Assembly: GCF_009914755.1 (NCBI RefSeq)
Contig: NC_060937.1
Source: the human T2T-CHM13v2.0 reference genome, Homo sapiens
Direction: 5' to 3' (one strand)
Length of the DNA stretch: 64,000 bases
Made by a program: the position numbers and the translations under genes. This document shows, piece after piece, positions 1 through 14,186 of this stretch. Under the pieces are notes generated by a model. That model had not been told where the DNA came from. It searched no databases and saw only the letters and a list, made by a program, of their open reading frames with translations. The first letter of the stretch is position 1. The number at the start of each line of letters is the position of its first letter.

Positions 1-1260
1 ACCTAAATGGGATGTAACAAAATTGTACTAAACTGTAACTTGAATCAACAGCATCAACTTAAATCTACAGAAGCTAATGAATAGAATCAGAAATGATAAA
101 GTGGTTAATACGAAAATTTTAAAGTATATATTTACTCTTTTTTATTCAGCTTCTTTAAAAGATAAATGCATGTATAGCAATAATAATAAAAATGCAGGTT
201 TGGGTTCTTTACATATATAAATGTAATATATAAAACAATAATAGCACAAAAATGGAAGAAGATATAGAACTATATTGAAATAACCTTTCTATATCTCATG
301 ATGATTAAGTTAGTATTAATATAAAGTAGATTCTGTTAAGCTGTAAATCATAAACCCTAGAGAAATCACTAAGAAAATCATTTTTTTAAAATAGAGTAAG
401 GTATTAAATAAATTAAACAAAATGTATGCTCAATGCAAAAGAAAGCAGTAAAAAAAAGATAACAACATGAGACATACAAGAAACAGCAAAATTGCATACA
501 TCAGTATCCCAAATCTTATCAGTAATGATATTAAATGTGAACGAATTAAAAATCCAACCAAAAGGCAGAAATTGTCAAATTAAATTTTTAAAAAGTTCCA
601 ACTATATGTTTTCGATACAAAACTCAATTTAGATTTAAACATACAAAAAATCAAAAGTAAAATAATGGAATATAGTATTTCATGTTGGCAACACAAGAAA
701 TCTGGAGGCTACACCAATATCAAATAAAGTAACACCAAAACAGTTACCAAAAGAAAAAGAGGGATGTTTGATAATCATATAATAATCAACTCATTAGAAA
801 CAGATTACAATTATGAATATATATGTACCTAAAAAGCGATAACACTACACTAAGCAAAACTGACAGAACTGAGGGGAGAAAAGACATTTCCACAATAACT
901 GGAGACTTCAATGTCCTTCTTTTAATAATGGTTAGAGCAACTATGAAGAAGATTAACAAGGCAGTAGTAAAGTTAACAATCAACAAGACCTAATAAATAT
1001 GCATTGGACACTTGACCCAACAACAACAGAGTACACATTCTTCCCAAGTGCTCATGGTACATTTTCCAGAATAGATCAAATGCCAAGCCTTAAACAGAAT
1101 GAATAAATGCAAAGCAGTAGAGATCAATCAGGAATGTACTCCAAACAAAATGGAATAAAATCAGAATCATCAATAAAAAGGGCCCTTGGAAATTCACAAA
1201 TATATTCAAATTAAACAAACACACTTCTAAATAACCTGTGGGTCAAAAATATAACACAAA
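1..1260 (+). mobile_element. Old L1 (L1M-class) fragment: inter-ORF region and ORF2 endonuclease region, degenerate
   Basis: A-rich strand with L1 ORF2 EN-like motifs (ggagacttcaatgtcc, caacaacagagtacacattcttcccaagtgctcatggtacattttccagaatagatca, ttaaacaaacacacttctaaataacc); no intact frame. Confidence 0.8.
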
Positions 1261-1873
1261 ATTCTAAGTGCCTACCTGTGTTCAAACAAGGAGATTCTTG
1301 TGGATTTAGGGAGGCATCTTTTGGCAAGGTCAATTCCAATGACATGTTAATGCATCGATTTTAGAGCCGAGTTGTCCTCTTGCAATCTCCTGTATTAGGA
1401 TTAGGGAGGCATATTTAGAGATAGGATGACCTCAGCAAAATGGAATGGCCAGATTTAACTATCATCTCTCCACAAAAACACTGAAAAATAAGTATAACCA
1501 GTCAGATGCAACTTCATTAGAATTTTAAAAAATAGTTCCAGATTTACAGCAAGAAATGAAGCAACAAAGCAACAAAGCAAATGCTGACTCAAGAAAAACA
1601 TAGCTGATATAAGAAATAAAAATACTTGTGATATTTTTGCTTTCCCTTGCTCCACCCCCTTCACAGCATGGTAACAGTCTTGAAGGTAGCTTATGCTCCC
1701 AACGTAGGACCTTGGTTCCTGGGACTGAAAAGAGTAGAACAAACTTCATTTGCAAATTATTGTGCATGCCTGCTATAAACTCTTTGAGGACTCCTTGAAG
1801 GATTGAGATAAGGTGCTCATCAATCTTTCACTTAATTCAGAACTCAGGCTGGAAAAAGAATGAGCATCATTCA

Positions 1874-2200
<327 letters not shown>

Positions 2201-2855
2201 CTAAGGAATCAAAAATGCGTGGGACAAAATATTATGTTCTAGACATGTAATAAACTACTAAGGCTGAGGAGGAATAGCTAGGGGAGAGTTTCTTTGAAAA
2301 ATTAAGACATTCAAAAATATCTATGCATACAAGGGAATTAAGAAAGCCACATATATGTCCAGAGCAAGACACATGCTCAACAAGACCCAGAGCTTTTATC
2401 TCAGGCTAATAAATAGACTTAATACAAGTCTGGCTAAATGTCTGTGTCTATGGCACAGAGCTAATCTCAAATATTGGGAGAGGCATTTTTTGTTTGCTTG
2501 CTTGTTTGTTTTAGACCCTGGTAATAAAAACAAAAAAATGCCAGTACAATAGCTGAACACAAGCTAAAGAACAGACATGTCAGTTATCACACGAGAAATG
2601 GAATAGTCTGCAAAAATAGGTTAGAAAGTAATTAGACAGATTTCTACTAGTCTCAACCAGAAAATAACAAACTTTGAGGAAAGGAGAGAATCTCCAAGTT
2701 ACCACACAGTAATATCCAAATATCCAGGTTTCTACAAAAATCACAAGGCTGACAAATAGGAAAGTATGGCCCATGTAACAGAACAAAATAAATTGACAGA
2801 AACTGTCCCTGAGGAAGTCCGGACATTGGATTTACTAGAAAAGATTTTAAATATA

Positions 2856-3203
2856 CAGTTATATGTTACTAACCAATGGCAATATGTCCTAAGAAATGCA
2901 TTACTGGACAATTTTGTCAATATGCAAACATCAGATTGTATTCAGGCAAAGCTAGATGGTATAGCGTACTATATATCTAGACTATATGGTGTAGCCGATT
3001 GCTCCTAGGCTAGAAACCTGTACCGAATGTTACTGTACTAAATATTGTAGGCAACTGTAACACAGTGATAAGTATTATGTATCTAAACATGTATAAACAT
3101 AGAAAAGTACAGTAAAAATACAATATTATAATCCTATGGGAGGACAATCATAAAAGTGGTTGGTCCCCCACTGACTGAAATATCATTACGTGGTACATAA
3201 CTG
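2856..3203 (+). mobile_element. Tigger3a (MER7A) non-autonomous TcMar DNA transposon
   Basis: cag...ctg termini preceded by TA; internal gctagatggtatagcgtactat...ttgctcctaggctagaaacctgtac...catagaaaagtacagtaaaaatac; about 350 bp. Confidence 0.9.
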
Positions 3204-5129
3204 TCCTCACAGAAAAACATAAAAGTAAAAACATAAAGAACTAAAAGAAATCATGAAAATAATGCACAAACAAAATAGAATGAAAGAAAGAAAGAAATTC
3301 CAAAAAGAACTAAATATAAATTCTGGAGCTAAAATTATAATAGACATTTTAAAAGACAGAAGATTTGAGCAAGCAGAAAATATAGTTTGAGAACTATAAA
3401 TACTTGAAATTATCAAAATGTGTAATTAAATATAAAAGCCAGTATTATTGTATTTTTTATTTATAACTGTTTAATTTCTAGCAGAAACAATATCAAAATA
3501 ACTATATCAAAATCATTATAATTCTGAGCATAAAATGTAGAAATGTGTAACTTATAAGAGAAACAACATAAAATGGAGTGAAGTTACATAGGAGTAGGGT
3601 ATTTGCATGCTGGGGATGTTAACTTTAATTCAAAGTACATTGTGATAAATATAGGATTTTGAATATTATACCTATAATAAGCACAGAGAAAATATCCACA
3701 AAATAATACACAGAAAATAAAAGGGAATTAAGTAGCGCCCTATTTTTCAAACTCAACTAAAAGCAAACAGAAAAGGTAATAATAGAGAAAATGAGAGCAA
3801 AAAAATATAGTTGTGTAGAAAAAAACAGCAAAATGGCAGAAGCCCTTTTTAAATCAATGATTACTTGAAATATAAATGTATCAAACTCTTCAATCAAAGG
3901 CAAAATAGAGTGAATTCTAAAAACAACACAATTTCAAGAGACTCGCATTAGATCTAAAGACTCAGATTGAAAGTTAAAGGATAGAAAAAGATATTCCATA
4001 CCAGTATCAACCAAAAAGAGAGCTATGGTGGTAATATCAAAGTAATTTTATAACTGGTATATGAGGAAGAGGGAGGTATATATTTTAAAAAGTGTCAATT
4101 CATTAAGAAGGTGTAATTATAAACATATATTCTCAAAACAACATAGTCCTAAAATAATCTGAAGCAAGTACTGACAAACTTGAAGGTAAGAATAGATAGT
4201 TCTACATTAATAGATGGAGACTTGAATACCTCACTTTCAATAATGGATAGAACATCTAGACAGAAGTTCAGTTAAAAAAATACATGAGTTAAAAACATAT
4301 AAACCAACTGATCCTAACAGTGTGTGTATTATATATTATATATTTTTTATTTATATATTATATATTATATATATATGGAGAGAGAGACTGAGACTTGGTC
4401 TATGACTCAGATTTAGAAGATGTCTCTACTTAAGATTTTCAAAAAGTGATGCTTGACAAATTAGACACCAAGCATGTATCTCATTGGCTTCTAGCAAATG
4501 ACAAACTCATTTATACATTCATGAAGTTAATGATGTGCTTCTAGGTAGTTTCTTACAAGTTACTATTTTCTACCTAATTTTAAAACAACTAGGCAATTTT
4601 ATTATTCTGTTAATTGTAAAAATGAAAACTTTAAAATACTTCTAGAAAACATAAATATTGTGAATGTGTGAAAAGTAAATTGAAATAGATATTAAAATTA
4701 ATGAATACATGAAGAGTAATATACAGTATTACTGTAAATGCTCTATATGCTATATACTTTATATACTCTATATAATCTGTATGCTATGTACTATGCATAA
4801 ATGCTATATTATACACTATAAATTTTCTATGTACTATTGTGTGTATATATATGTAATATTATTTTCTGAAAGTTGAAGGTATTCATAAGGTTCCAAATGA
4901 CTACATATATCTGACTTTTCCTAGAATTCTAATATCTTACTTCCTAAGCATGAGAGGAGTTATATGAAAAAATGACATTATAACTGAGTTCTGTCTACAC
5001 ATTCTGTCCTTTAGTTACTCTAAGGAAAGATAAACAAGTAGTTTGTGCTTATCATAATAACTTCATTTGCCCATAATAACTCATATGCCCAGTTTAAATG
5101 AGTAACAATAAGCCCATATTTTTCTAAGT

Positions 5130-5545
5130 AGTTTTCTTAGACTAAAGGCTAAACTGCTGGGGGGAAAAATGTAATAGCTTAAAGAGTGAAGTTTATCTCA
5201 CACACGTAAGGCAGCTTTTCTCTGTGAATTTTTATTGAGCCCGTTTTCATCCTCCATCAATCCCATGGATGTTTTCTTCATCAGCATGACTGATGCTGCA
5301 CCTCTACCATATGTACATTTCAGTCTGCAAGAAGGGAAAAGTGAGCAAGACCAGAGCAAGAAATCTTCTTTTAACCTTTTAATCTTCTTTTAACACATTA
5401 CTTTGTTCATATTCCATTGGTGAGAACTTATTACAGAGCTTCACATGGCTAATACGTGTGAGGACAACAGAAATTGTTCACAGCTTTGTAGCCATGTGCC
5501 CAGAAAAAAAGAGGGGAAAAGATTTGAAGGGAATAACTGGTAGGC
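5130..5545 (-). mobile_element. Old MaLR LTR (MLT1J/K/L-like), probable 3' LTR of a provirus
   Basis: MLT1 reverse-strand motifs such as ttcatattccattggtgagaactt and agccatgtgcccagaaaaaaagaggggaa; followed by internal-like sequence. Confidence 0.55.
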
Positions 5546-5838
5546 TGCCAGAGTCCATCCTATGGCAACCATTTATTGGTGCACACTCTGCTTCCAACAA
5601 AGTGAACTCATTCTTCCGCCAAAGGACAAAGCCCAAGGTCCTATCCTATTACCTCTTCCATCACAAATCTCAGAATCTGTGGTTAATGGGCATCCCTCTC
5701 TATTAGGTTCAGTCACAGATCCTATATCCTGACAACTTATAAACTAATAGAAAAATAATCTGTCATATTTTGGTATGTGACAATATTTATGGGGGCAAGA
5801 AAAATATTACAAATGTAGTCTTACATATCCTATACCTA

Positions 5839-6171
5839 TGCAATGGTTTGAATGTTTGTGTCCCTCCAAAAATTATACATTAAAACCTAATCCTCAATGT
5901 GATGCTATTAGGAGGTGGGGCCTTTGGGAGGTGACTAGATCAGGAGGGCAGAGCCTCTGTGAATAGGATTACTGCCCTTACAAAGAGACCTCAAAAAGCT
6001 AACTAACCCCTTTCACCCTGTGAGGACAGAGTGAGAGGGTGTCATTATGGGAAAGTGGGCCCTCCCTGGACATCAAATCTGATGACGCCTTAATTGTGGA
6101 TTTTCTAGCTTACAGAACTGTGTGAAATAAATTTCTGTTGTTTATAAACAACCTGATATATGGCTAAGACA
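5839..6171 (+). mobile_element. MLT1A0 solo LTR
   Basis: tg..atggtttgaatgtttgtgtccctccaaaa...ggaggtggggcctttgggaggtga...aataaatttctgttgtttataa...ctaagaca. Confidence 0.9.
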
Positions 6172-6195
6172 AACAATATTAAATAATTACATACA

Positions 6196-6483
6196 GCCCT
6201 GGTGCGGTAGCTCATGCCTGTAATCCCAGCACTTTGGGAGGCCTAGGCAGGTGGGTCCCTTGATTCCTGGAGTTTGAGACCAGCCTGAGCCACATAGTGA
6301 AACCCCGTCTTCACAAAAAAAATAAAAAATTAGCCAGGCCTGGTGGCACGTTCCTGTAGTCCCAGCTACTCGAGACGCTGAGGCGGGAGGATCTCTTGAG
6401 CCTGGCAGATGGAAGTTACACTGAGCCCAGGTCATGACACTGCAATCCAGCTCCTCAAAAAATAAATAAATAAAATTAAAAAT
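6196..6483 (+). mobile_element. AluJ (Jb-like) with a short deletion near the 3' end
   Basis: Alu dimer with J-type ggaggatctcttgagcc; A-rich tail. Confidence 0.9.
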
Positions 6484-7078
6484 ATATAAACCAAACAAAT
6501 TATACTGTTAAATATAATACATTCTATTCACTTACGTTGACAAATTCAAAATTCTCAGATTCTTGTTTTTCCATCCTAGAATATATGAAAACACAAGGAA
6601 AGATAACCCTAGCTCTGAATTTGTAACCATGACCCCCTCTTCTCTTCACTCACTTTTCTTATGATTAATTGAGTTACACTCTAGTCTGCAAGCCAAAATA
6701 CATTGCTGCCCTTAGCCCATTCTTGGGTTTAAGTTAAGGCCAGCAATTTTCAGGAGGATGACGTGGGTAGAAGGTCTGTAAAATACCTGGAAGCCAATTA
6801 GGGTCTATTTGAGCAGGGATCTGTGGACTATTAGGCATTCAAAGCATGGCCCGGAAGTGGAGCCTATGCTTCAACTAGACACAGGCATCACTGCCCTTTG
6901 GCCTATGCAACTCTTACCTTGAAAATTGGGGTTAGACTGGGGAAGGACAGAATTGAGTTTGCCAAAATACGGAGTCCAAGGCAGCACCCCTTTTTGCCTG
7001 GGTCTGAAGTTGCTAATGAGAATAATATATGAGAGTGGAACAGAAACAAAATTACTGCAGTTAAAAAGAATTCATTAG

Positions 7079-7194
7079 AATGGGTACAGCACACCAACAT
7101 GGCACATGTATACATATGTAACAAACCTGCACGTTGTGCACATGTACCCTAAAACTTAAAGTATAATAAAAAAAAATTAAAAAAAGAAAGAAAA
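7079..7194 (+). mobile_element. Severely 5'-truncated young L1PA (PA2-PA4-like) 3' end with poly(A)
   Basis: aatgggtacagcacaccaacatggcacatgtatacatatgtaacaaacctgcacgttgtgcacatgtaccctaaaacttaaagtataataaa, nearly identical to the young L1PA 3' terminus. Confidence 0.93.
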
Positions 7195-8245
7195 TAGAAT
7201 GGGAAACAGGTCAGTCAGCACATAATAACAATGTCTTTCTGGGAAGGACTAATAAAGGCTGACTGTTGAAAGTTGAGTAAATTCATTGGGTAGACCCAGA
7301 TTCTGAGCTGTGAGAAAAAGGATCTCATCCTCTGTCTTCCACGGCACATGGCTCTGCCTTCTGGGAGGTCCATCTTTGTGTTCATTAGCTTCTGTGGCTA
7401 CATCTGAAGAATGAATCTATATTCTCCTTGGAGGCTGCATACTTACACAAACTACTTTTTGCAGGTGCAGTTCTGGGAGCCTGAGAATTGTTTTACAGAT
7501 AAGCAATCAATTCTTTTAGGCCAATTTTGTGACTTCTTTGTAATTGCTCTCTCAAAAATTTTTAGACCCATGGCCTATTTGCTTCCCCTCAGTATTAATA
7601 TGCCAGGGAAAAAATCACAGCATTATTTTATGGACATACTTCCTAAGCCTGCCTTGTGATTTTCTTGTCTGTGCCTATTTCTAACTTATTTTGATTGAGG
7701 CAACTTGAAGATCTCTGACACAATACATGGGAGTGAAAGACAATACTCCAAATCTGATGTTTGCCACAAACTTAGATACCTTATGGATTAGAAATCTTAA
7801 TCAGAAGTCTGAACACATGTTTTTAGACTGACACTTTTATCTTGATGTTTTAGGGGAGTAAAAAAATGATTTGGATATTGCCATCCTGCAAAGCCCCATA
7901 TTTTTAGACGCTCCCCTTCATTTTGTTTTGAAAGTAAGTCAGATCTTATCTGAGGTTCTCTTTATTGTAGTAATTTGCATAAAGCAACAAGAAACAGGCA
8001 ATATATAGTTACATTATGGATCTTTGTAATGATTTCCTCAAAAATATAGGCTCAAGAGTCACCTAATTTGCTTAACAAACACGTGGCTTAGTTACCTTTT
8101 CAAAGACAACAATTTATCAGCTATACTGGCATAACAGGGGTCACCAGCTTTCCAACCTTACCCATCTATACTGCCTGAGTACTCTTCTAATGTCACATAT
8201 TTTCAGTTTCTGTCACAGGACCAACCCTCTAGTGATACTAGTATC

Positions 8246-8400
8246 TGCTTTAGTTAGAATACAGTTTAGGTTGCAATAGCAAGAAGACTCAAAATACAGT
8301 GGCATGAATACATTAAGAATGACATTTTCTAGACTCGACAGCAGCTAGATGCAGCCATATTCCCAAAAAGACTCAGGGAGTGTATTTTTAGATGACAATT
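8246..8400 (-). mobile_element. Partial old MaLR LTR (MLT1-like), probable 5' LTR of the provirus
   Basis: tgctttagttagaatacagtttaggttgcaatagcaagaagactcaaaatacagtggc, the typical reverse-strand end of an old MLT1 LTR. Confidence 0.55.
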
Positions 8401-8429
8401 GGCATACCATTTTAACTTTGAAAACTGAA

Positions 8430-9240
8430 AATTCCACTATCACTTCAAAAAGCACTCTATTAAAGATCAACAATAGGCATCCAATGGTTAAATTCAATAA
8501 TATCCCTTTGCTTTAATATATTCCACTAAACTCCTTTCCCACTTTCACTCCTTTTCAATAAAACATCTCGGCATTTGACAATAACCCCTCATACCTTGTA
8601 TATCTGTTCTCTTTTAATTCATCAGAGAGTCCATTTTTAAATTCCTTTTTTATCACAATTTTTGTCCTTATTTTTATAAACTGTAGATCTAATTGGCTGT
8701 TTTTCTTATTCTATATGCCATGATCAACTTTTAATTCTTATCTGTTTATTAGATTTTTCTTCTAACATTCACTCCTTATTTCAAACTGTCTTATAATATC
8801 TCCAATTACACCTCTACTTTTCTAGTTTAACACCCCATTTTTTCTTTCAATATCCAGTAAAGAACACTGTTCCCTCTTTCCAAGTCAGATTATGCGACAT
8901 TGCTTGTGACATTTCTTTTTTTGCATAAGATTATTTCTATCTCCTTTTGTCAACATTTTACACTTCCTTCAACGTTTATGTCAAATGCTAAAAATAAAAT
9001 ATCCATAGGAACTCATGCTTACATGAACATTCCATCGTTAAACTTCCATACAACCCTATAACTTTTTTTAAATGGGACTCATCTTATACTGTAACAAAAA
9101 TTATTCTCCCTATTCTAGTGTTCTAAAGTCATCGTCTTATAAAATGTACTGGAATTGTGTGATTCGTCTGACGCCACTCCAGACATCCTGTTTTGAGTTT
9201 CGTGTTCTTATTCTCTGCTTCTATCTCTGGGATGAGTTAT
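8430..9240 (+). mobile_element. Degenerate L2 fragments
   Basis: cactctattaaagatcaacaataggcatccaatggttaaattcaat...catttgaca resembles the L2 RT region; pyrimidine-rich strand. Confidence 0.45.
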
Positions 9241-10959
9241 TCCATTCAAAGCAAATACTTTGAAAGAATCATCAAAGAGATAATGATACCTCTGTAAAGA
9301 CACCAGTAACAATTTCAAGGTAGACAGGCTCACTTTCCTTGATGCCCCTACAATTTTAGTGGCCACAGTAGCAATGCACAAGTTTGTCAAATGTACAGTT
9401 TTGGAAGTGGTGCAAATAATTAAGGAAAATAAAATCACAGGAGTAAAACATTTTAGAACTGTTCTAAATTGACTACACAGTCCACAAAAAGAATATACAA
9501 ATAGACTAAAACATTACATGTGATTATCTCTGTTGCCAGGCCCCAATTCAAAGACTTGCTTTTCTTTCCTCAGGTTTTCAGTTCATTTTTTCTGTCTTAA
9601 AAGAATTCTCATAACTAGTTTGGTTTGTCTATTTGTTAGTATTTTGTTTAACTCAATGACTATGTTTTCATGTATATAAAATTTCTAGTTCTTAATATGC
9701 CCGTTTTTAATGTATTTTATTTTTCCTTTCAGGTTCAAGTTCATTTTTCAGTGTGATCACTTTACACATGCTTAAAGTCTCTTTCACAGTTCTGTCTTAT
9801 CTTTAGTTATTTGTCAGCTCTTTAGTATATAACATGGAAGTTGTTTTCTGTCATATTTGAAATACCTCATATGGAAACTTTCCTATAAAACATTTTATTT
9901 GTGTTTTGTAACCCAGATGGATTGTCTAAATTCAGACCATTTTAAAATATTAATTTTTAATTTGTAGTTTCTATAACTTATTGGCAATTCAAGCATAGAG
10001 TCATATCCTTATAAGCCTCCTGCTTCTTTACTTCATATCCAAGACATTGGGGTAAAAATTGAGTCTCATTTAGAAGCAGAGTTAGCATCTCCTCAGTAAT
10101 GATTTTCTGCAAGATACTCAGTTTCATCTCCCTCTAGCTAAATATGAAGGTCTATGGCATGGCCATCTTTTTAAAACAAATTGAAATATTTTGATCCAAC
10201 AATTCTGCTTTACCTGCTTTTTATTTGTACCTTAGAATTGATTCCGTTGTCATTTCTTTTGAGCCTAATCATACATATTAAAACATGATTCCTGGAGTTT
10301 TTGAATTTTTCAGTGTGTCGGACCTACCCTCATTAGTTCAGTCCACCGTATTGACAAGTATCCCCTCCTTTCCTTCCTAAGGCATCATTTTTACAAACAG
10401 CTGGCTATAAATCTTGGCTTTCCTTTCATGAAATTTATCCCTTACACACATGGCTTTATCTTATCCTAAGCTTTAGGTCCTTGCTATCAGTAATATTTGT
10501 CAACCTATCTGAAATATACATTCCAAAAAAAATACTGTGCCATATAGCAGCACTAGACAGCACTTGGGACTTCAGATGCACAAAACATTTCAGAATGGGG
10601 AAGGGCATTCCAAATCCCAGCTCTTCAAAAATATCCTTGTCAGCATGATAGCTCATATTCTTCCTGATGTTTTGGGAATTAGATAAAAATTAAATTAAAT
10701 AGCACATTGACAAACATTAAAGTGAAACACTCAGCCTTAGATGCACTGCCTTGGAAAATCTCTATGACATAGAGAAGTATTTTTCTATCTGTTCATAAGA
10801 TGTGTGATAGCTCCTGCTATGAAAATATGATTTAACTTTATTATTAGAGAAATGTCAATATTCCCCCTCTATTTGTTATTGATGTTTCCATGCTGTGTCA
10901 CTGGGCAGAGGTATTTGAACTAAACTTTTTCCCCCCATCAAGTGATTACAAAAAGTTGA

Positions 10960-11110
10960 AAACTTTTTACATGATTGTTCACAGTAACTTTATTCATAAT
11001 AAATGAAAACAATCTAAATTTCCATTAAAAGATGAGCTGATAACCAAATTGTCATATATTCATATAATTGAATACTATTCCACAACAAAAATGAGCAAAC
11101 TATTGATACT
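10960..11110 (+). mobile_element. L1ME/MD ORF2-end / 3' UTR fragment
   Basis: tgttcacagtaactttattcataata...aattgtcatatattcatataattgaatactattccacaacaaaaatgagcaaacta. Confidence 0.6.
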
Positions 11111-11859
11111 GCTTTGTCATTCTACTTCAAACCATAATCTGAGATTAAACACCATCTCCTCATATAAGCAATTGGGATTTTATAGTAAAAGCAGAAACTA
11201 TACGTTAGTGAAGCAACAGGGAGAAAATAGCTTTTGATTAACTTTGATCTTTATTATAAGTTTGGGATGTTTATCTGAATCAATCTACTAGATTATAAAC
11301 TTTGAATATAAAAAAGTTTATTCAACATTTGCCTTCTAAATATTAGTTTCTCATTAAAAATATATATTAATAAAATTTCAATTGTTATATCAATTTAGAG
11401 CCATATCAACTCCACAGAACTGAGAATTCAAGCCCCACAAAGAATGTGTTTAGAAATGAAAAGTTCAGAGACTTTCGTAAGCCACACACATTCTCAATGA
11501 ATGTTTATCTATTTGGTAAATATCTATATATTATATAATAATATATTACTTTTTTCTAAAATTTTATAAAGCCTAAATCCTTCTACCAATTTATGAGATC
11601 ATGACTTTCAATCTTTCTTTACTAATAAAAATAAACAAATAATCTCATAAAAAGAAAAAATGTTACTTGACAGAGGTTTATTTTTAACAAGCTATATTTA
11701 GTGTTGAAGAAAAAATACTTGTTTGGGTTGAAAGTAGTTTCCCTTTTTATATCACCTCATTTCATATATATATTTAGAGAGAGAGCAATTATTTAGAGGG
11801 AAAAAGTCATCATTCTATTGCAATAAAATATCATCTTTAAGAAGAATAAATAGCTAATG

Positions 11860-12140
11860 GTAATTTTCTAATGGCTCCATAATTGGTTATATTAAGGTAG
11901 TATTCACAAACTATTTTTATTATAAAATTGTTTCTTTTGTCATTAATTGGTAATTTGTGAGGCAATAATTTCAGGCTTTTTTAATATCTTGGCATCTAAA
12001 ATCTAGTTACTTCACATTGACTATGAATTTTTCCTTAGTTTTTCTTATGATGATTATTAAATGGTGATGTTTCTATTTTTACCATTTCTTCTAAATATTT
12101 AATTAGCATTATTCTATAAATAAGATTTTTATTTCCCCTT
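11860..12140 (-). mobile_element. L1MC4/MC5-like 3' UTR fragment
   Basis: aaatggtgatgtttctatttttaccatttcttctaaatatttaattagcattattctataaataag matches the reversed L1MC4/5 3' region. Confidence 0.5.
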
Positions 12141-12280
12141 TTTACTGTTAAATGTCAGTATCTTGCCAAGAAATTAGTACAATTAATCTGGGAAAACTTG
12201 AGCTAAGAATATACCTATATAGTAAATTTATACCTATACCTATAATGTTAAAGTAAATTTTATTCAAAAGCCTTCACATT

Positions 12281-12606
<326 letters not shown>

Positions 12607-12611
12607 TTACT

Positions 12612-14186
12612 AAATGGAGAAAACCTGAAAGCCTTTCCTCTAAAATCTGAACATGACAAGAATGCTCAATTTCAACACTGTTGTTCAACATAGCACTGGA
12701 AGTCCTAGCTAGAGCAATGAGACAGGAGAAAGAATTAAAGGGCATCAAAATTGGAAAGAAAAAATTCCAATTGTCTTGTTTGCTGATGATATGATCTTAT
12801 ATTTGGAAAAATCTAAAGACATCACACAGACACACATAAGAAAAACAATTAGAACCGATAAATTCAGCAAAGTTGTTGCCATTTACAAAAATCAAATCAA
12901 AATGGAATTAAGACTTAAATCTAAGACCTCAAACTATGAAACTACTACAGGAAAACATTGGGGAAAATCTCCAAGACATTGGTCTGGGGAAAAAATTATG
13001 AGCAATACTTCAAAAACGCAGACAACCACAGCAAAAATGGACACAACGTTAAAAAGCTTCTGCCCAGCAAAGGAAACAACCAGCAAAGTGAAGAGACAAC
13101 CCACAGAATGGAATAAAATATTTCCAAACCACCCATCTGACAAGGGATTAATAACTAGAATATATGAGGACGACTCTATAGAGAAAACCTAATAATCTGA
13201 TCAAAAATGGGCAAAAGATTTGCTTAGCAATTTCCCTAAAGAAGACACGCATATGGCAAATAGGTATATGAAAAGGTACTTAAAATCACTCTCAGAGAAT
13301 TGCAAATTCAAAACTACAGTGAGCGATCATCTCACCCCAGTTAAAATGGCTTTTACCCAGAAGATAAGCAATAACAAATGCTGGTCAGTATGTGAAGAAA
13401 AGGGAACCTTTTTATACAGTTGGTGGGAATGTAAATTAGTACAACCACAATGGAGGACCATTTGGAGGTTCCTCAAAAAAACAAAAATTGAGCTACCAAT
13501 GATCCTGCAATCCCAATGCTGGGTATGTACCCAAAAGAAAGGAAATCAGTATATCAAAGAGATTCTTGCACTCCTATGTGTGTTGCAGCAACTATTTACA
13601 ATAGCTAAAATTTGGAAGCAACATAAGTGTCTATCCACAGATGAATGAATAAAGAAATTGCCGTACATATACACAACGGACTACCATGCAGCCCTGAAAA
13701 AAGAATGAGATCCTGTCATTTGCAACAACATGGATGGAACTGGAGATCATGATGTTAAGTGAAATAAGTCAGGCACAAAAAGACAAGCATTGCATTTTCT
13801 CACTTATATTTGGGATTTAAAAATCAAACAATTGAATTAATTAACATAGAGAGTAGAAGGGTTGTTACCAGAGGCTGAGAATGGTAGTAGGGATTTGGGA
13901 AGAAGATGACAATAATTAACGGGTACAAAAAAAATCGGAAAGAATGAATAAGGCCTCCTATTTAATAGCAGAACAGGGTGACTATAGTCAATAATAATTG
14001 TACATTTTAAAATAACTAAGAGTATAATTGAATTGTTGGTAACCAAAAGCATAAATGCTTGAGGGAATGGATACCCTCCTCTCCTTGATGTGATTATTTC
14101 ACCTTGCAAGCCTTTATTAAAACACTTTATGTATCCCATAAATATATACACCTACTACATACCCATAAAATTAAAAATAAAAAAAT
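12612..14186 (+). mobile_element. L1MA1-3 (L1MA2-like), 5'-truncated: ORF2 3' part plus 3' UTR, with an internal deletion
   Basis: ORF2 remnants ([33 protein letters not shown]); L1MA-type 3' UTR ending cccataaatatatacacctactacatacccataaaattaaaaataaaaaaa. Confidence 0.92.

Larger units (their letters stand above)
5546..8245 (-). mobile_element. MLT1 internal sequence, interrupted by MLT1A0, AluJ and L1PA insertions
   Basis: Ends with cagtttctgtcacaggaccaaccctctagtgatactagtatc, the reversed MaLR-internal 5' end, directly abutting a second LTR. Confidence 0.5.

Noticed and set aside
9480-10340. Possible HAL1 or old L1 5' region on the minus strand
   Set aside because: Similarity is too faint to assign by eye
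12776-13648. 138-aa and 142-aa ORFs with reverse-transcriptase-like motifs
   Set aside because: Frameshifted, truncated L1MA ORF2 remnants
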